A DNA stretch of 64,000 nt from Candidatus Moraniibacteriota bacterium (lineage in GTDB: Bacteria > Patescibacteriota > Minisyncoccia > Moranbacterales > UBA2206): contig JAUSNP010000006.1 in NCBI GenBank assembly GCA_030645735.1, forward strand, positions 68,095 to 132,094, given 5' to 3'. A program made the position numbers and the translations under genes. The notes under the pieces were generated by a model, which ran no database searches, was not told where the DNA came from, and saw only the letters and a list, made by a program, of their open reading frames with translations. Below, one piece after another: positions 1 through 8,617 of the stretch (positions are counted from its first letter, which is position 1; each line of letters opens with the position of its first letter).

Positions 1-39
1 CGATGAAGAGTAAATAAAATCGCAGCGTAATTTGAAATT

Positions 40-933
40 ATGATTGGAGAATTTAATGGACTACAAGGAGGTGAGATAATAAAAAAGACTGAATCGGTGT
101 ATACGGCTGATCAGCTTTTGAAAATTAAAAAATATGAACAATGGATTGCAGATATGCAAAATCAGGAAGCTAGGGATGTAGAAAGTCAAAATGAAACGGA
201 CGAGGATGAAGAAGATAATCAAATAGATGTAGCGGAAGATTCTCAATGGCAAGATCATGAATTGGTCGATAAGTCATATCCGGAATACGACGCACGTAGA
301 TGGATAAAACTTGTTGAAAGTGAAAATAGGGATACCGTAGCGCAATACTATAATAATCTTGGATTGTCAGATGAGATGCTTTCGCAAAAAGAAAGAATTC
401 TTGACATTGGTTCAAATATGGCTGATTTCGCAGCACATTGCAAAGCGCAAGGAATTAATAATGAAGTTATTTCACTCGAGCCTGAACTAATGAATCATCC
501 TGGAATTGAAGCGGCTCAAAAAATGTATTTAGGTGATGAGTTGTGTGATTATATTAAAAGTAGAACAGTTTCTGGGGTTATGGAAAAATTGCCATTTAAA
601 GATGCCTCAATTGATTTGATCGTTAATCATGCGGCTATGCCAGGGTTCAATCATTCTATGTATAGAATTGAAGAGATGAAAGAAAGTGTTAATGATGCGT
701 TCGATGAAATTATCCGAGTCCTTAAAATTGGCGGAGAAGCTAGAATGTTTCCCTTACCTGATTCAATAGGTGAGCGATCTCAGTGGCGACCAGCCATTGA
801 TAGAAAATTATCTGAGATGGAAAAGGCTGGAATATGTAGTTTTAGAATCGAAGATGTTGCTAGTTCAGAAACCGGAGGATTATTGGGTAAAAGAGTTATT
901 GTGAAAAAAGTTAAGGAATTTCTGGAAATTTAG
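40..933 (+). CDS. Class I SAM-dependent methyltransferase with acidic N-terminal extension
   Basis: ILDIGS motif I, LPFKDASIDLIV and EIIRVLKIGG motifs typical of Methyltransf_11. Confidence 0.75.
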   Translation: MIGEFNGLQGGEIIKKTESVYTADQLLKIKKYEQWIADMQNQEARDVESQNETDEDEEDNQIDVAEDSQWQDHELVDKSYPEYDARRWIKLVESENRDTVAQYYNNLGLSDEMLSQKERILDIGSNMADFAAHCKAQGINNEVISLEPELMNHPGIEAAQKMYLGDELCDYIKSRTVSGVMEKLPFKDASIDLIVNHAAMPGFNHSMYRIEEMKESVNDAFDEIIRVLKIGGEARMFPLPDSIGERSQWRPAIDRKLSEMEKAGICSFRIEDVASSETGGLLGKRVIVKKVKEFLEI

Positions 934-973
934 GATTTTAATTTGAGATTAAAAAAAATAAGAGACAAGCATT

Positions 974-1003
974 ATCTTTCCATACGACCATATAAGGAGG
1001 GAT
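974..1003 (+). repeat. 30-bp palindromic site, copy 1 (ATCTTTCCATA-CGACCATA-TAAGGAGGGAT)
   Basis: Two differences from copies 3 and 4, both in the arms. Confidence 0.9.
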
Positions 1004-1039
1004 TGTGCGGAGTGAATATAAAAATAAAATTGAAACAAA

Positions 1040-1435
1040 ATGTCGAAAGTGCGTGTCTATTCAATTGATAAAAATGAAAGATATCAAGCGGTGGGTGATT
1101 TGTTTGAGATTATTGTGAATCTCAGAACCAAGAAAGAGGTTATCGATTTTCTGATTGGTTTATTTACTCCTAGTGAGATGTTGATGATTGCTCGACGCAT
1201 TCAGATTGCTGGGATGTTGTTGGAGGATGACAATTATGAAATAATAAGAAAGAAGCTGAAGGTTAGCAACCAAACAATAAGCAAGGTTGAGTATTGGTTG
1301 AAAAGTGATGAGCAAAAAAACAAAATTATTGTAACTAAGTTAAATCAAATCAAGAAATCTAGCAAGGGCAAATTGAACAGAAGTGTTCTGGATAAATTTG
1401 CGCATCACCGCGCGCTAAAAGAACTAATAAGTTAA
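1040..1435 (+). CDS. TrpR-like (YerC/YecD family) helix-turn-helix protein
   Basis: LFTPSEMLMIARRIQIAGML...YEIIRKKLKVSNQTISKV matches the TrpR/YerC pattern. Confidence 0.8.
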   Translation: MSKVRVYSIDKNERYQAVGDLFEIIVNLRTKKEVIDFLIGLFTPSEMLMIARRIQIAGMLLEDDNYEIIRKKLKVSNQTISKVEYWLKSDEQKNKIIVTKLNQIKKSSKGKLNRSVLDKFAHHRALKELIS

Positions 1436-1465
1436 ATGCTTCCATACGACCATATAAGGAAGGAT
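1436..1465 (+). repeat. 30-bp palindromic site, copy 2 (ATGCTTCCATA-CGACCATA-TAAGGAAGGAT)
   Basis: Starts directly after the stop codon at 1435. Confidence 0.9.
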
Positions 1466-1499
1466 GATGTTGAGGTTACGAGATATGAAAAAAGGAAAG

Positions 1500-2564
1500 A
1501 TGAAGATACTTTTTATTACAAGAACAAGAACGGCAAGGGGCGGCCATATTGTTTTTACAAATCTCGTTCGGGAATTGCATAAAGAAGGATATGATGTGAC
1601 ACTGACGACTTTTGAGTCAAAAGAAAAGATGAAGAGAGTTGTTCCATATTGGGAAAATATTGATGTTAATTTTGTTGAAATACCCCATCTAGAGGATCGT
1701 GATTCTGAGCAGATGGCTCATATTGAAGCAGCTTCTGTCTACATTAGAGAAAATATAGATAAGTTTGACAAAATAATTTTAGATAGTTGGTTCATAGCTA
1801 TGGCTGCGTTGAGGGAAAATATTTTTTCTGATAAAATTTTCCATCTAGTTCAGAGCAATTCGGCTTTTGCGCCTGAGAATAAGGGAGAATTTTGGAAATC
1901 AGAATTGTTCAATTTATTGCCATTTACACCCATGAACAGAATTATCGTTTCTGAATCATTGGCATTACATTTTAAAGAGAAGTATCGTAAAGATTTTAAA
2001 ACTATGCATTTATTTCTGGATGAGGTATATTTGAAAAATGAGTTTAATGTTAAATCTAGAGAGATATTAAAAATAGTTTCTTCAAGTGCAACTTTTAATC
2101 TTGCAACGAAGGGCTTGAATTTCTTGTTAGAACAATTAGAAAAAGTTAAAGAACTAAAATTTGAACTAACTCTTGTTTCTGGAGATGTGATAAAAAAAGA
2201 TTTGAGCGTATATTCTTTTCCAATAAAGGTGGTGGGCGCAAAAAATCCGACTGAGATGGTCGAAGAACTTGGCAAGCATGATGTTTATGTAAATACTTCA
2301 ACGAAAGAATCTTTTTGCCTGGCGCTTGCGGAGGCTATGGCAATCGGTATGCCAGTCGTAGCCTTGGATTCTGTGGGTAATCGTGAATATATGGATGGCG
2401 AGAATGCAATTTTTGTAGAAAAAGAAGAAGATTTTATCCCTGGACTTTTGAAAATGAAAGACATAGAATTTAGAAATAAAATAAGTGTGAAAGCAAAAGA
2501 AAGTATGCGCAGATATACACTTAAAAATTCAGTTAAAAGTTTGAAGGAGATTGTAGGTATTTAG
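1500..2564 (+). CDS. Glycosyltransferase family 4 (GT-B)
   Basis: MKILFI start, GG motif, ESFCLALAEAMAIGMPVV (EX7E) motif; start could be as early as 1464. Confidence 0.85.
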   Translation: MKILFITRTRTARGGHIVFTNLVRELHKEGYDVTLTTFESKEKMKRVVPYWENIDVNFVEIPHLEDRDSEQMAHIEAASVYIRENIDKFDKIILDSWFIAMAALRENIFSDKIFHLVQSNSAFAPENKGEFWKSELFNLLPFTPMNRIIVSESLALHFKEKYRKDFKTMHLFLDEVYLKNEFNVKSREILKIVSSSATFNLATKGLNFLLEQLEKVKELKFELTLVSGDVIKKDLSVYSFPIKVVGAKNPTEMVEELGKHDVYVNTSTKESFCLALAEAMAIGMPVVALDSVGNREYMDGENAIFVEKEEDFIPGLLKMKDIEFRNKISVKAKESMRRYTLKNSVKSLKEIVGI

Positions 2565-2574
2565 ACAAATATTC

Positions 2575-2604
2575 ATCCTTCCATACGACCATATAAGGAA
2601 GGAT
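2575..2604 (+). repeat. 30-bp palindromic site, copy 3 (ATCCTTCCATA-CGACCATA-TAAGGAAGGAT)
   Basis: 10 bp after the GT4 stop; identical to copy 4. Confidence 0.9.
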
Positions 2605-2649
2605 TAAAAAAGATGGGATATATAATAAAGTTAAAGTCGAGGTAAATTT

Positions 2650-3015
2650 ATGGGCATCAAGGTTGAGTTTAATCCAGATCTGGCGTTGCGGGATATTGCG
2701 GAATTTAAGAATGGCAATCGCAAATTGGAAGAATGTGTTCCAGAAAATTTGGAGATTGGAAAAGTTTATGATTTTTTGAAATCAGGCCAGCGTTTGTATT
2801 ATTTGAGTGATAGTGAATTTTATGGCAATGGTCAATTGCCGCTTATGAAAACCAGTGGTAATGAAAATCTATCACGACCATTGGCGAGTATAAAAATTTT
2901 AGAGGCGACACATTTTTTAGATCAGGGTGAAGTGTGGACGAAAGGAAAATATAAAGTCATCGAGATTTTTAATGATGATAAAATTCATTTTGAAGCATGC
3001 AAAATAATTGGGTAA
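2650..3015 (+). CDS. Hypothetical protein
   Basis: 121-aa ORF with GAGG upstream and a TATAAT near 2620. Confidence 0.7.
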   Translation: MGIKVEFNPDLALRDIAEFKNGNRKLEECVPENLEIGKVYDFLKSGQRLYYLSDSEFYGNGQLPLMKTSGNENLSRPLASIKILEATHFLDQGEVWTKGKYKVIEIFNDDKIHFEACKIIG

Positions 3016-3027
3016 AAGATAAAATTC

Positions 3028-3348
3028 ATGGAATTTAAGAAAATTGAAAGTGGTGTGCTCAAAACCGCAAGAGATTATTCAGAGAAATATGGAATTGAAG
3101 CTGATGCTGATTTTGCTATGCATAAACTTTATGAAGAAGTCGGGGAGTTGTCCGAAGCTTATTTAACATACAAAAAGAAGAGTCGTCCAGAAAAATTTAC
3201 AACCGAAGCTGAAGTTAAAAATAAATTAGCATATGAATTGGCGGATGTCGCGGGAATTGTCATGGTGATAGCGGAAAAATTAAACATTGATTTGGAAGAT
3301 GCAATTAATCGTAAATGGATCATAAAAGAATGGGAAAGAAAGAAATAA
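3028..3348 (+). CDS. MazG-like nucleotide pyrophosphohydrolase
   Basis: EEVGELSE and ELADV motifs. Confidence 0.8.
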   Translation: MEFKKIESGVLKTARDYSEKYGIEADADFAMHKLYEEVGELSEAYLTYKKKSRPEKFTTEAEVKNKLAYELADVAGIVMVIAEKLNIDLEDAINRKWIIKEWERKK

Positions 3349-3995
3349 TAAAAAAAATAGAAATTGAGGCCAAGAAGTTTTTTGTGGGCGCGAGCGGTTG
3401 TCATGATTGGACGCATGTAGAGAGAGTGCGCGTACTGGCTATGCGGATCGGTAAAAAAGAAAAAGCGGATTTGTTTGTTTTGGAAACAGCTGCGCTTCTA
3501 CATGACATTGGGCGTAAGGAAGAATTGAAGGCGCAGGGAAGTTTTTGTCATGCAGAAAGAGGTGCGGAAATAGCAAAAGTTATTTTGAAAAAGTACGAAT
3601 TTAATCAGGAGCAAATTGATAATATCTTTCATTGTATCCAATCTCATCGTTATCGAAACAGCTATGTCCCAACAACACTAGAGGCAAAAGTACTGTTTGA
3701 TGCAGATAAGTTGGACTCGACCGGTGCAGTTGGTATAGGTAGGCTATTTCTTTTTGCAGGCAGTTCACATGGCTCCGGCAGGTTGCATTCTGGCAATGAG
3801 AAAAAATTAGCAAAAACCAAGAAGGATTATTCATTCACAGTTGAAGATACTGCTGCGATGGAATATTATACCAAGATTAAAAATATTGAAAAAAGAGTCT
3901 TGACTAAATCTGGCAAAAAAGTAGCTCACGAAAGACAAAAATTTGCAGCCGATTTTTTTCGAAGACTTGAAAAGGAAGTAGAGGGAATAATTTAA
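3330..3995 (+). CDS. HD-domain phosphohydrolase
   Basis: HDWTHVERV, LLHDIG, DADKLD; start uncertain (3315 or 3330). Confidence 0.85.
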   Translation: MGKKEIIKKIEIEAKKFFVGASGCHDWTHVERVRVLAMRIGKKEKADLFVLETAALLHDIGRKEELKAQGSFCHAERGAEIAKVILKKYEFNQEQIDNIFHCIQSHRYRNSYVPTTLEAKVLFDADKLDSTGAVGIGRLFLFAGSSHGSGRLHSGNEKKLAKTKKDYSFTVEDTAAMEYYTKIKNIEKRVLTKSGKKVAHERQKFAADFFRRLEKEVEGII

Positions 3996-3999
3996 ATTT

Positions 4000-4395
4000 A
4001 TGCATAGAAGTGTTGCGGCAATTATAAAAAATGAAAAAGATGAAATTCTGATGTTGGATCGGAAGAATTTTCCGTTTGGCTGGGCATGTCCAGCGGGACA
4101 TGTTGAAGAAGGAGAGGAACCGGAAGAAGCGATGGTGCGCGAGGTGCAAGAGGAGACTGGTCTTGATGTGACAAAATTTAAATTAATTTTGCATGAATTC
4201 TTGGATTGGAATGAATGTAAGCGCGGAGTGAAAGGACATGATTTTTTTGTGTATGAAATCACTGGATGGACAGGTGAAATTGAGCAGAACAAATTGGAAT
4301 CCAAGGATCTTCAATGGAAAACAATTTCAGAAATAAAAAATATGCAACTCGAGCCAGCGTGGGAATATTTTTTAACTAAACTAAAAATGATTTAA
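4000..4395 (+). CDS. NUDIX hydrolase
   Basis: Nudix box GHVEEGEEPEEAMVREVQEETG. Confidence 0.9.
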   Translation: MHRSVAAIIKNEKDEILMLDRKNFPFGWACPAGHVEEGEEPEEAMVREVQEETGLDVTKFKLILHEFLDWNECKRGVKGHDFFVYEITGWTGEIEQNKLESKDLQWKTISEIKNMQLEPAWEYFLTKLKMI

Positions 4396-4399
4396 TCGT

Positions 4400-4819
4400 A
4401 TGAAAATAACACTTTTAGGAAGTATTTCTGTTGCGGATAAGATGGTTGAGATTGCGGAAAAATTGAAAGCACTCGGACACGAGCCGTTGATGCATGAGAA
4501 AATGTATTTGATTGGCAGAGGCGAATTGAATGAGGTCCCAGATGGAGTTGAGCACGCGGATGTTAAAAGAAAAAATAATTATATCAAATTCTGGTATAAT
4601 TTGATTGTGAGTGGGGACGCTGTTTTGGTTTGTAACTTTAATAAAAAGGGCGTGCCGAATTATATTGGTGGAAATGTTCTGATGGAAATGGGGTTTGCGC
4701 ATGTGAATGATAAAAAAATATTTTTATATAATCCAATTCCCACTGGAGTTTCCTACGTTGATGAAATTGAAGCTATGGCGGACGTTGTAATTAACGGTGA
4801 TTTAAATCTAATCCAATGA
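4400..4819 (+). CDS. Hypothetical protein, nucleoside 2-deoxyribosyltransferase-like fold
   Basis: MKITLLGS...DAVLV...YIGGNVLMEMGFA...KKIFL pattern. Confidence 0.55.
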   Translation: MKITLLGSISVADKMVEIAEKLKALGHEPLMHEKMYLIGRGELNEVPDGVEHADVKRKNNYIKFWYNLIVSGDAVLVCNFNKKGVPNYIGGNVLMEMGFAHVNDKKIFLYNPIPTGVSYVDEIEAMADVVINGDLNLIQ

Positions 4820-5355
4820 CAGAACTGAGGATTGTAAAATTTTTTAATCGGTTGGGGCGAGGGACGGCAATTGATTGGGTAACTGATTTTGTCAGTCGAA
4901 TTTTGTATTTGGCAGTTTTCTGGATGCTTTTTGCAATTGCGATTTTTTTCTTGGCAGAAAATGGAAAAATTATTGCGCTTGCTATGACTATTGCGGCTGG
5001 ATTGCATTTTCTGATTAGCGAAGGCGTGTTTAAGCGTTTGTTGTTGAAATATTTCGCAAAGATTCGACCATATGTTGAGCATCCAAAAGAGGTTTTTCCT
5101 ATTGGCCGAAGACATAGTGATTCATCCTTTCCATCTAGTCATATGTCAGCCAATCTAGCCGTGTTTACGGTTCTAGCATATTTTTATCCGAGTATGTGGC
5201 TGATTATCACATTGCTTGTGTTGCTGATAGCTTTCGCGCGCTTGCACAATGGTATGCATTATTTATCTGATGTGGTGGCGGGCATAGTTTTTGGGATTGT
5301 GTATGGAATTGTAGGAATTTATTTGTCTAATGCTGTTGTAAGCGCGTTGCTTTGA
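4816..5355 (+). CDS. PAP2-family membrane phosphatase
   Basis: K...RP, SFPSSH and ARLHNGMHYLSDV motifs plus TM helices. Confidence 0.85.
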   Translation: MTELRIVKFFNRLGRGTAIDWVTDFVSRILYLAVFWMLFAIAIFFLAENGKIIALAMTIAAGLHFLISEGVFKRLLLKYFAKIRPYVEHPKEVFPIGRRHSDSSFPSSHMSANLAVFTVLAYFYPSMWLIITLLVLLIAFARLHNGMHYLSDVVAGIVFGIVYGIVGIYLSNAVVSALL

Positions 5356-5411
5356 TTTTTTTAAAAAACTGGTATAGACTGGGTTATATAACAAATTTAT
5401 AAAGTATTTGT

Positions 5412-6734
5412 ATGTTGGATATCAAATTTATTCGAGAAAACGCAGAAGAAATCAAGAAAGTGATTGAGCTCAAAAGCATTGATTTGAATTTGGATGAACT
5501 TTTGGCCATGGATGAAAAAAGACGGTTGTCCATGCAATATATTGAAGAGTTGAGCGCGGAAAAAAATAAGCTCAATGATTTAATGCAAAAAGCCACCCCA
5601 GAAGAGCGTGCAACTTTGATCGAGCAAGGCAAGGCAGTCAAAGAAAAAATGGAAACAGTTGAGCCGGAATATCGAAACTTGAAACATGAATTTGAATCTT
5701 TGATGGTGCGTGTGCCCAATGTCATTTCAAAGGATACGCCGATTGGCAAAAGTGAAGATGAAAATGTGGAAATTTTTAAAACAGACAACATTCCACAATT
5801 CGATTTCACGCCGAAAGATCACATCCAACTCGGAAAAGATTTGGACATCTTGGATTTGGAACGTGGAGCGAAAGTGGGTGGCTATCGTGGCTATTATGTG
5901 AAAAATGAAGGTGTGTCCTTGATGATGGGTTTCATGATGTATGCGATCAACAAGATGATGACCAAGGGATATTCTCCGATGATTGTGCCGACTTTGGTGA
6001 AAGAATTTTCTTTGTTTGGCAGTGGTTATTTCAAAGGCTTGGAATACAATCAGGAGGTGGATGAAATTTACAAAGTGGCTTCTTCAGAAAAAGAAGTGAC
6101 CGGCGAAGTCAGCAAGGATAACAAATTTTTAGTCGGCACTGCTGAACCATCTTTGTTGGCCTATTATGCTGACGAGGTTTTGCAAGAAGATCAGTTGCCA
6201 CTGAAGATGTGTGGCTATTCACAATGTTATCGCAGTGAAATTGGTAGCTATGGCAAAGACACCAAGGGTATGTATCGTGTGCATGAGTTCATGAAAGTGG
6301 AGCAAGTCATCTTGTGTGAAGCTGACAACAAAGAAGCGGAAAGATTGCAAGATGAAATGGTGGCTATTTCTCGTGAGATGCATGAAGAACTTGGTTTGCC
6401 CTATCGACAATTGGCAATTTGCACCGGGGATTTGGGCGCTGGCAAATATCGTCAATATGACTTGGAAGCTTGGATGCCTGGACTCAATCGCTTTGGCGAA
6501 ACTGGTTCAGCCAGCATCTTCACTGATTGGCAATCACGCCGGCTCAATGTGAAATATGCCGACAAAAATGGTGATCGAAAATATGTTTACATGTTGAACA
6601 ACACTGCTTTGCCAAGTCCAAGAATTTTCATTGCCATCTTGGAAAATCATCAACAAGCTGACGGTTCAATCAAAATTCCAGAAGTCCTGAAAAAGTTTAT
6701 GCCAGTAGCGATGGATTATATCACTAAGAAATAA
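5412..6734 (+). CDS. serS: Seryl-tRNA synthetase
   Basis: MLDIKFIREN start, GTAEP, YRSEIG, RVHEFMKVEQ, LNNTAL, ILENHQ. Confidence 0.97.
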   Translation: MLDIKFIRENAEEIKKVIELKSIDLNLDELLAMDEKRRLSMQYIEELSAEKNKLNDLMQKATPEERATLIEQGKAVKEKMETVEPEYRNLKHEFESLMVRVPNVISKDTPIGKSEDENVEIFKTDNIPQFDFTPKDHIQLGKDLDILDLERGAKVGGYRGYYVKNEGVSLMMGFMMYAINKMMTKGYSPMIVPTLVKEFSLFGSGYFKGLEYNQEVDEIYKVASSEKEVTGEVSKDNKFLVGTAEPSLLAYYADEVLQEDQLPLKMCGYSQCYRSEIGSYGKDTKGMYRVHEFMKVEQVILCEADNKEAERLQDEMVAISREMHEELGLPYRQLAICTGDLGAGKYRQYDLEAWMPGLNRFGETGSASIFTDWQSRRLNVKYADKNGDRKYVYMLNNTALPSPRIFIAILENHQQADGSIKIPEVLKKFMPVAMDYITKK

Positions 6735-6754
6735 ACATTCAAAAATAAGTCCTT

Positions 6755-6782
6755 AAAAAAGTCTCAACTTGAGACTTTTTTT
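6755..6782. terminator. Intrinsic terminator after serS
   Basis: AAAAAAGTCTCAA-C-TTGAGACTTTTTT. Confidence 0.8.
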
Positions 6783-6876
6783 GTGGCCAAAATTGTAGTA
6801 TAATACAGTAGGTTAATAATTTAATTTATCCGATTGAATTTCCTGAGTATTTAGGACTGGCTTCTGGCCAAATTCA

Positions 6877-7578
6877 ATGGAGAAAATAAAAAAAATGAAG
6901 AAAAAAATGTTGGTCATGCTAGCGCTTGTAGTGTTGGCGACGTCTGGTGGCCTTGCTACTTTTGCATCTGCCGAAGAAGTGGCTCAAGATGAGTCAACTG
7001 TGCTTGTGGCAAGTAATCAAAAAATGACTCAGCAACGAGAAGTGAATAAATTGGAATTGCAACAGAAGCGGGATGAAATGAAGGCGCAACGGGAAGAGAC
7101 AATGAAACAAAAAAGAGCAGAAAGGTGCGAGATGGTTCAAAAGCGGATTGCTGAGCGAGCAACTAGCGTTGACACCGCCAAGGAAAAGCATCTAGCAGTC
7201 TATAAAAATATGCAGGCTCGAATTCAGAAGTTCATTGATCGCTTGAGCGCAGCAGGCATGGATACGACAAAGGTGGCTGCTGATTTGACTGTGTTGCAGA
7301 CAAAAATCCAAAAATTCACTGATGATCAAAAAGCATATGAAGCAACTATGGATGCTGCCAAAAATTTTGCGTGCGGTGAAACTGATATCGCGGTTGTAGC
7401 CGACGCCAAAACAAAGATGCAGACAGCTCGAGCAGCTTTGAAAGTTGTGCATGCGGATGCAGCGGATATCAGAGTTTTTATGCGCCAGACAGTTATGGTG
7501 GATATCTTGGCTTTGAAAAAACAAGTTGCTGAGACTAAGCTTGAGGATGCAGAAAAAGCTGTGACTGAGAAAAACTAA
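6877..7578 (+). CDS. Secreted coiled-coil hypothetical protein
   Basis: Signal-peptide-like N-terminus, helical K/E/A-rich body. Confidence 0.75.
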   Translation: MEKIKKMKKKMLVMLALVVLATSGGLATFASAEEVAQDESTVLVASNQKMTQQREVNKLELQQKRDEMKAQREETMKQKRAERCEMVQKRIAERATSVDTAKEKHLAVYKNMQARIQKFIDRLSAAGMDTTKVAADLTVLQTKIQKFTDDQKAYEATMDAAKNFACGETDIAVVADAKTKMQTARAALKVVHADAADIRVFMRQTVMVDILALKKQVAETKLEDAEKAVTEKN

Positions 7579-7672
7579 AGTTAAAGCAAGGACTTAGACA
7601 GCAATTGAAGCTGAATCAATAGAATAAATAATTAAACTTTAGTTTTTCTTTCAATTAATTAGAATAAAAAAT

Positions 7673-7936
7673 ATGAAAAAAATATTTACCATTTTGGGAT
7701 TGACCTTGTCGGTTGTTTTGCTAGCTGGTTGTAGCAGCAAGACTGAGCCTCAAAAAGAGAGTGGTGCGCCGGCGCAAGTCAAAGAAGCTCCAGCAGCAGT
7801 TGTTTTGCCAGAAGCTGTTGTAACCAAGCCAGGTGAGACTGCCGATGACGAGGTGAAAAACATTGAAAAAGACTTGCAATCCATTGATGATGTCAGTCTA
7901 AATCAAGGGCTTTCAGATGATGACTTGGGACTATAA
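7673..7936 (+). CDS. Small lipoprotein
   Basis: Lipobox LLAGC. Confidence 0.75.
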   Translation: MKKIFTILGLTLSVVLLAGCSSKTEPQKESGAPAQVKEAPAAVVLPEAVVTKPGETADDEVKNIEKDLQSIDDVSLNQGLSDDDLGL

Positions 7937-7946
7937 AAAAACCTAT

Positions 7947-7975
7947 TTGACCTCCCGCTGGTTACCCTGTATACT
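7947..7975 (+). promoter_or_regulatory. Sigma70-type promoter (putative rRNA P1)
   Basis: TTGACC-17 bp-TATACT. Confidence 0.65.
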
Positions 7976-7989
7976 CAATAAAGTGCCTT

Positions 7990-8148
7990 AGAACCTACTC
8001 ATAATCTCCATATTCTGCTGCGAAATTGAAATTCCGGCTGCAAACCGTTCAAAGCTCGTCGGGTTATATGATAGCCCTTCTCGCTTTTCACGATTTTCGC
8101 TCGAAATTTCAATCTCTCGCGACGAAAGAGAGATTATGAGTAGGTTCT
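7990..8148. repeat. Long hairpin element, copy A (MITE-like or structured RNA)
   Basis: 19-bp perfect terminal inverted repeat AGAACCTACTCATAATCTC; homologous to 23843-24029. Confidence 0.8.
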
Positions 8149-8182
8149 CGGAGTTATCAACAGGGCAAGAAATAGCGGGGGG

Positions 8183-8211
8183 TTGACAAGTTTTTCGGGA
8201 CTTGCTAAACT
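8183..8211 (+). promoter_or_regulatory. Sigma70-type promoter (putative rRNA P2)
   Basis: TTGACA-17 bp-TAAACT upstream of the 16S leader. Confidence 0.7.
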
Positions 8212-8617
8212 ATCTGAGTACTGGAATTTAAGGCTCTAGTTATAAAAATTTAACAACAAAACGGGGGAAGCTATCAACGTAAAAATTGATTAGGGTGAAT
8301 GTAGAAAATACAGCAATAAAAATATTGTAAAATGTTTTTACCGCTGTGTTTTTTGTTCCCACCGGCAGGTGAGTCGAAAAATAGCTTCCTTAAAAATTGA
8401 ATATACATGTATATGTTCAGAATCTGCATCTGATAGAATTAGTAGCTCTATCAGAATGTGGTAAAATAAATCGCAATTTTTTGTGATTAGTCCTTTCCTA
8501 TCACCTTCGGGTGGTTTGATAAGAGCTAAAAACTTTTGAAGTCGCAAGACTTTGAAAACAAATTCCTGGATTCATTAGATACCAGGTAGTTGTAAATTCT
8601 TTATTGAGTTTGCAATT

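Noticed and set aside
1436-1465. 30-bp motif as an SD-sequestering translational hairpin
   Set aside because: It contains AAGGA(A/G)GG, but distances from site end to the next start vary widely (14, 36 and 45 bp for the other three copies), so it does not work as a general explanation.
974-2604. CRISPR array made of the 30-bp repeats
   Set aside because: Intervals are 432 and 1109 bp and contain whole genes; no cas genes in the window.
974-2604. Classical integron attC sites or chromosomal dif
   Set aside because: No RYYYAAC/GTTRRRY ends, too short for attC, no match to the XerD arm TTATGTTAAAT, and no integrase in the window.
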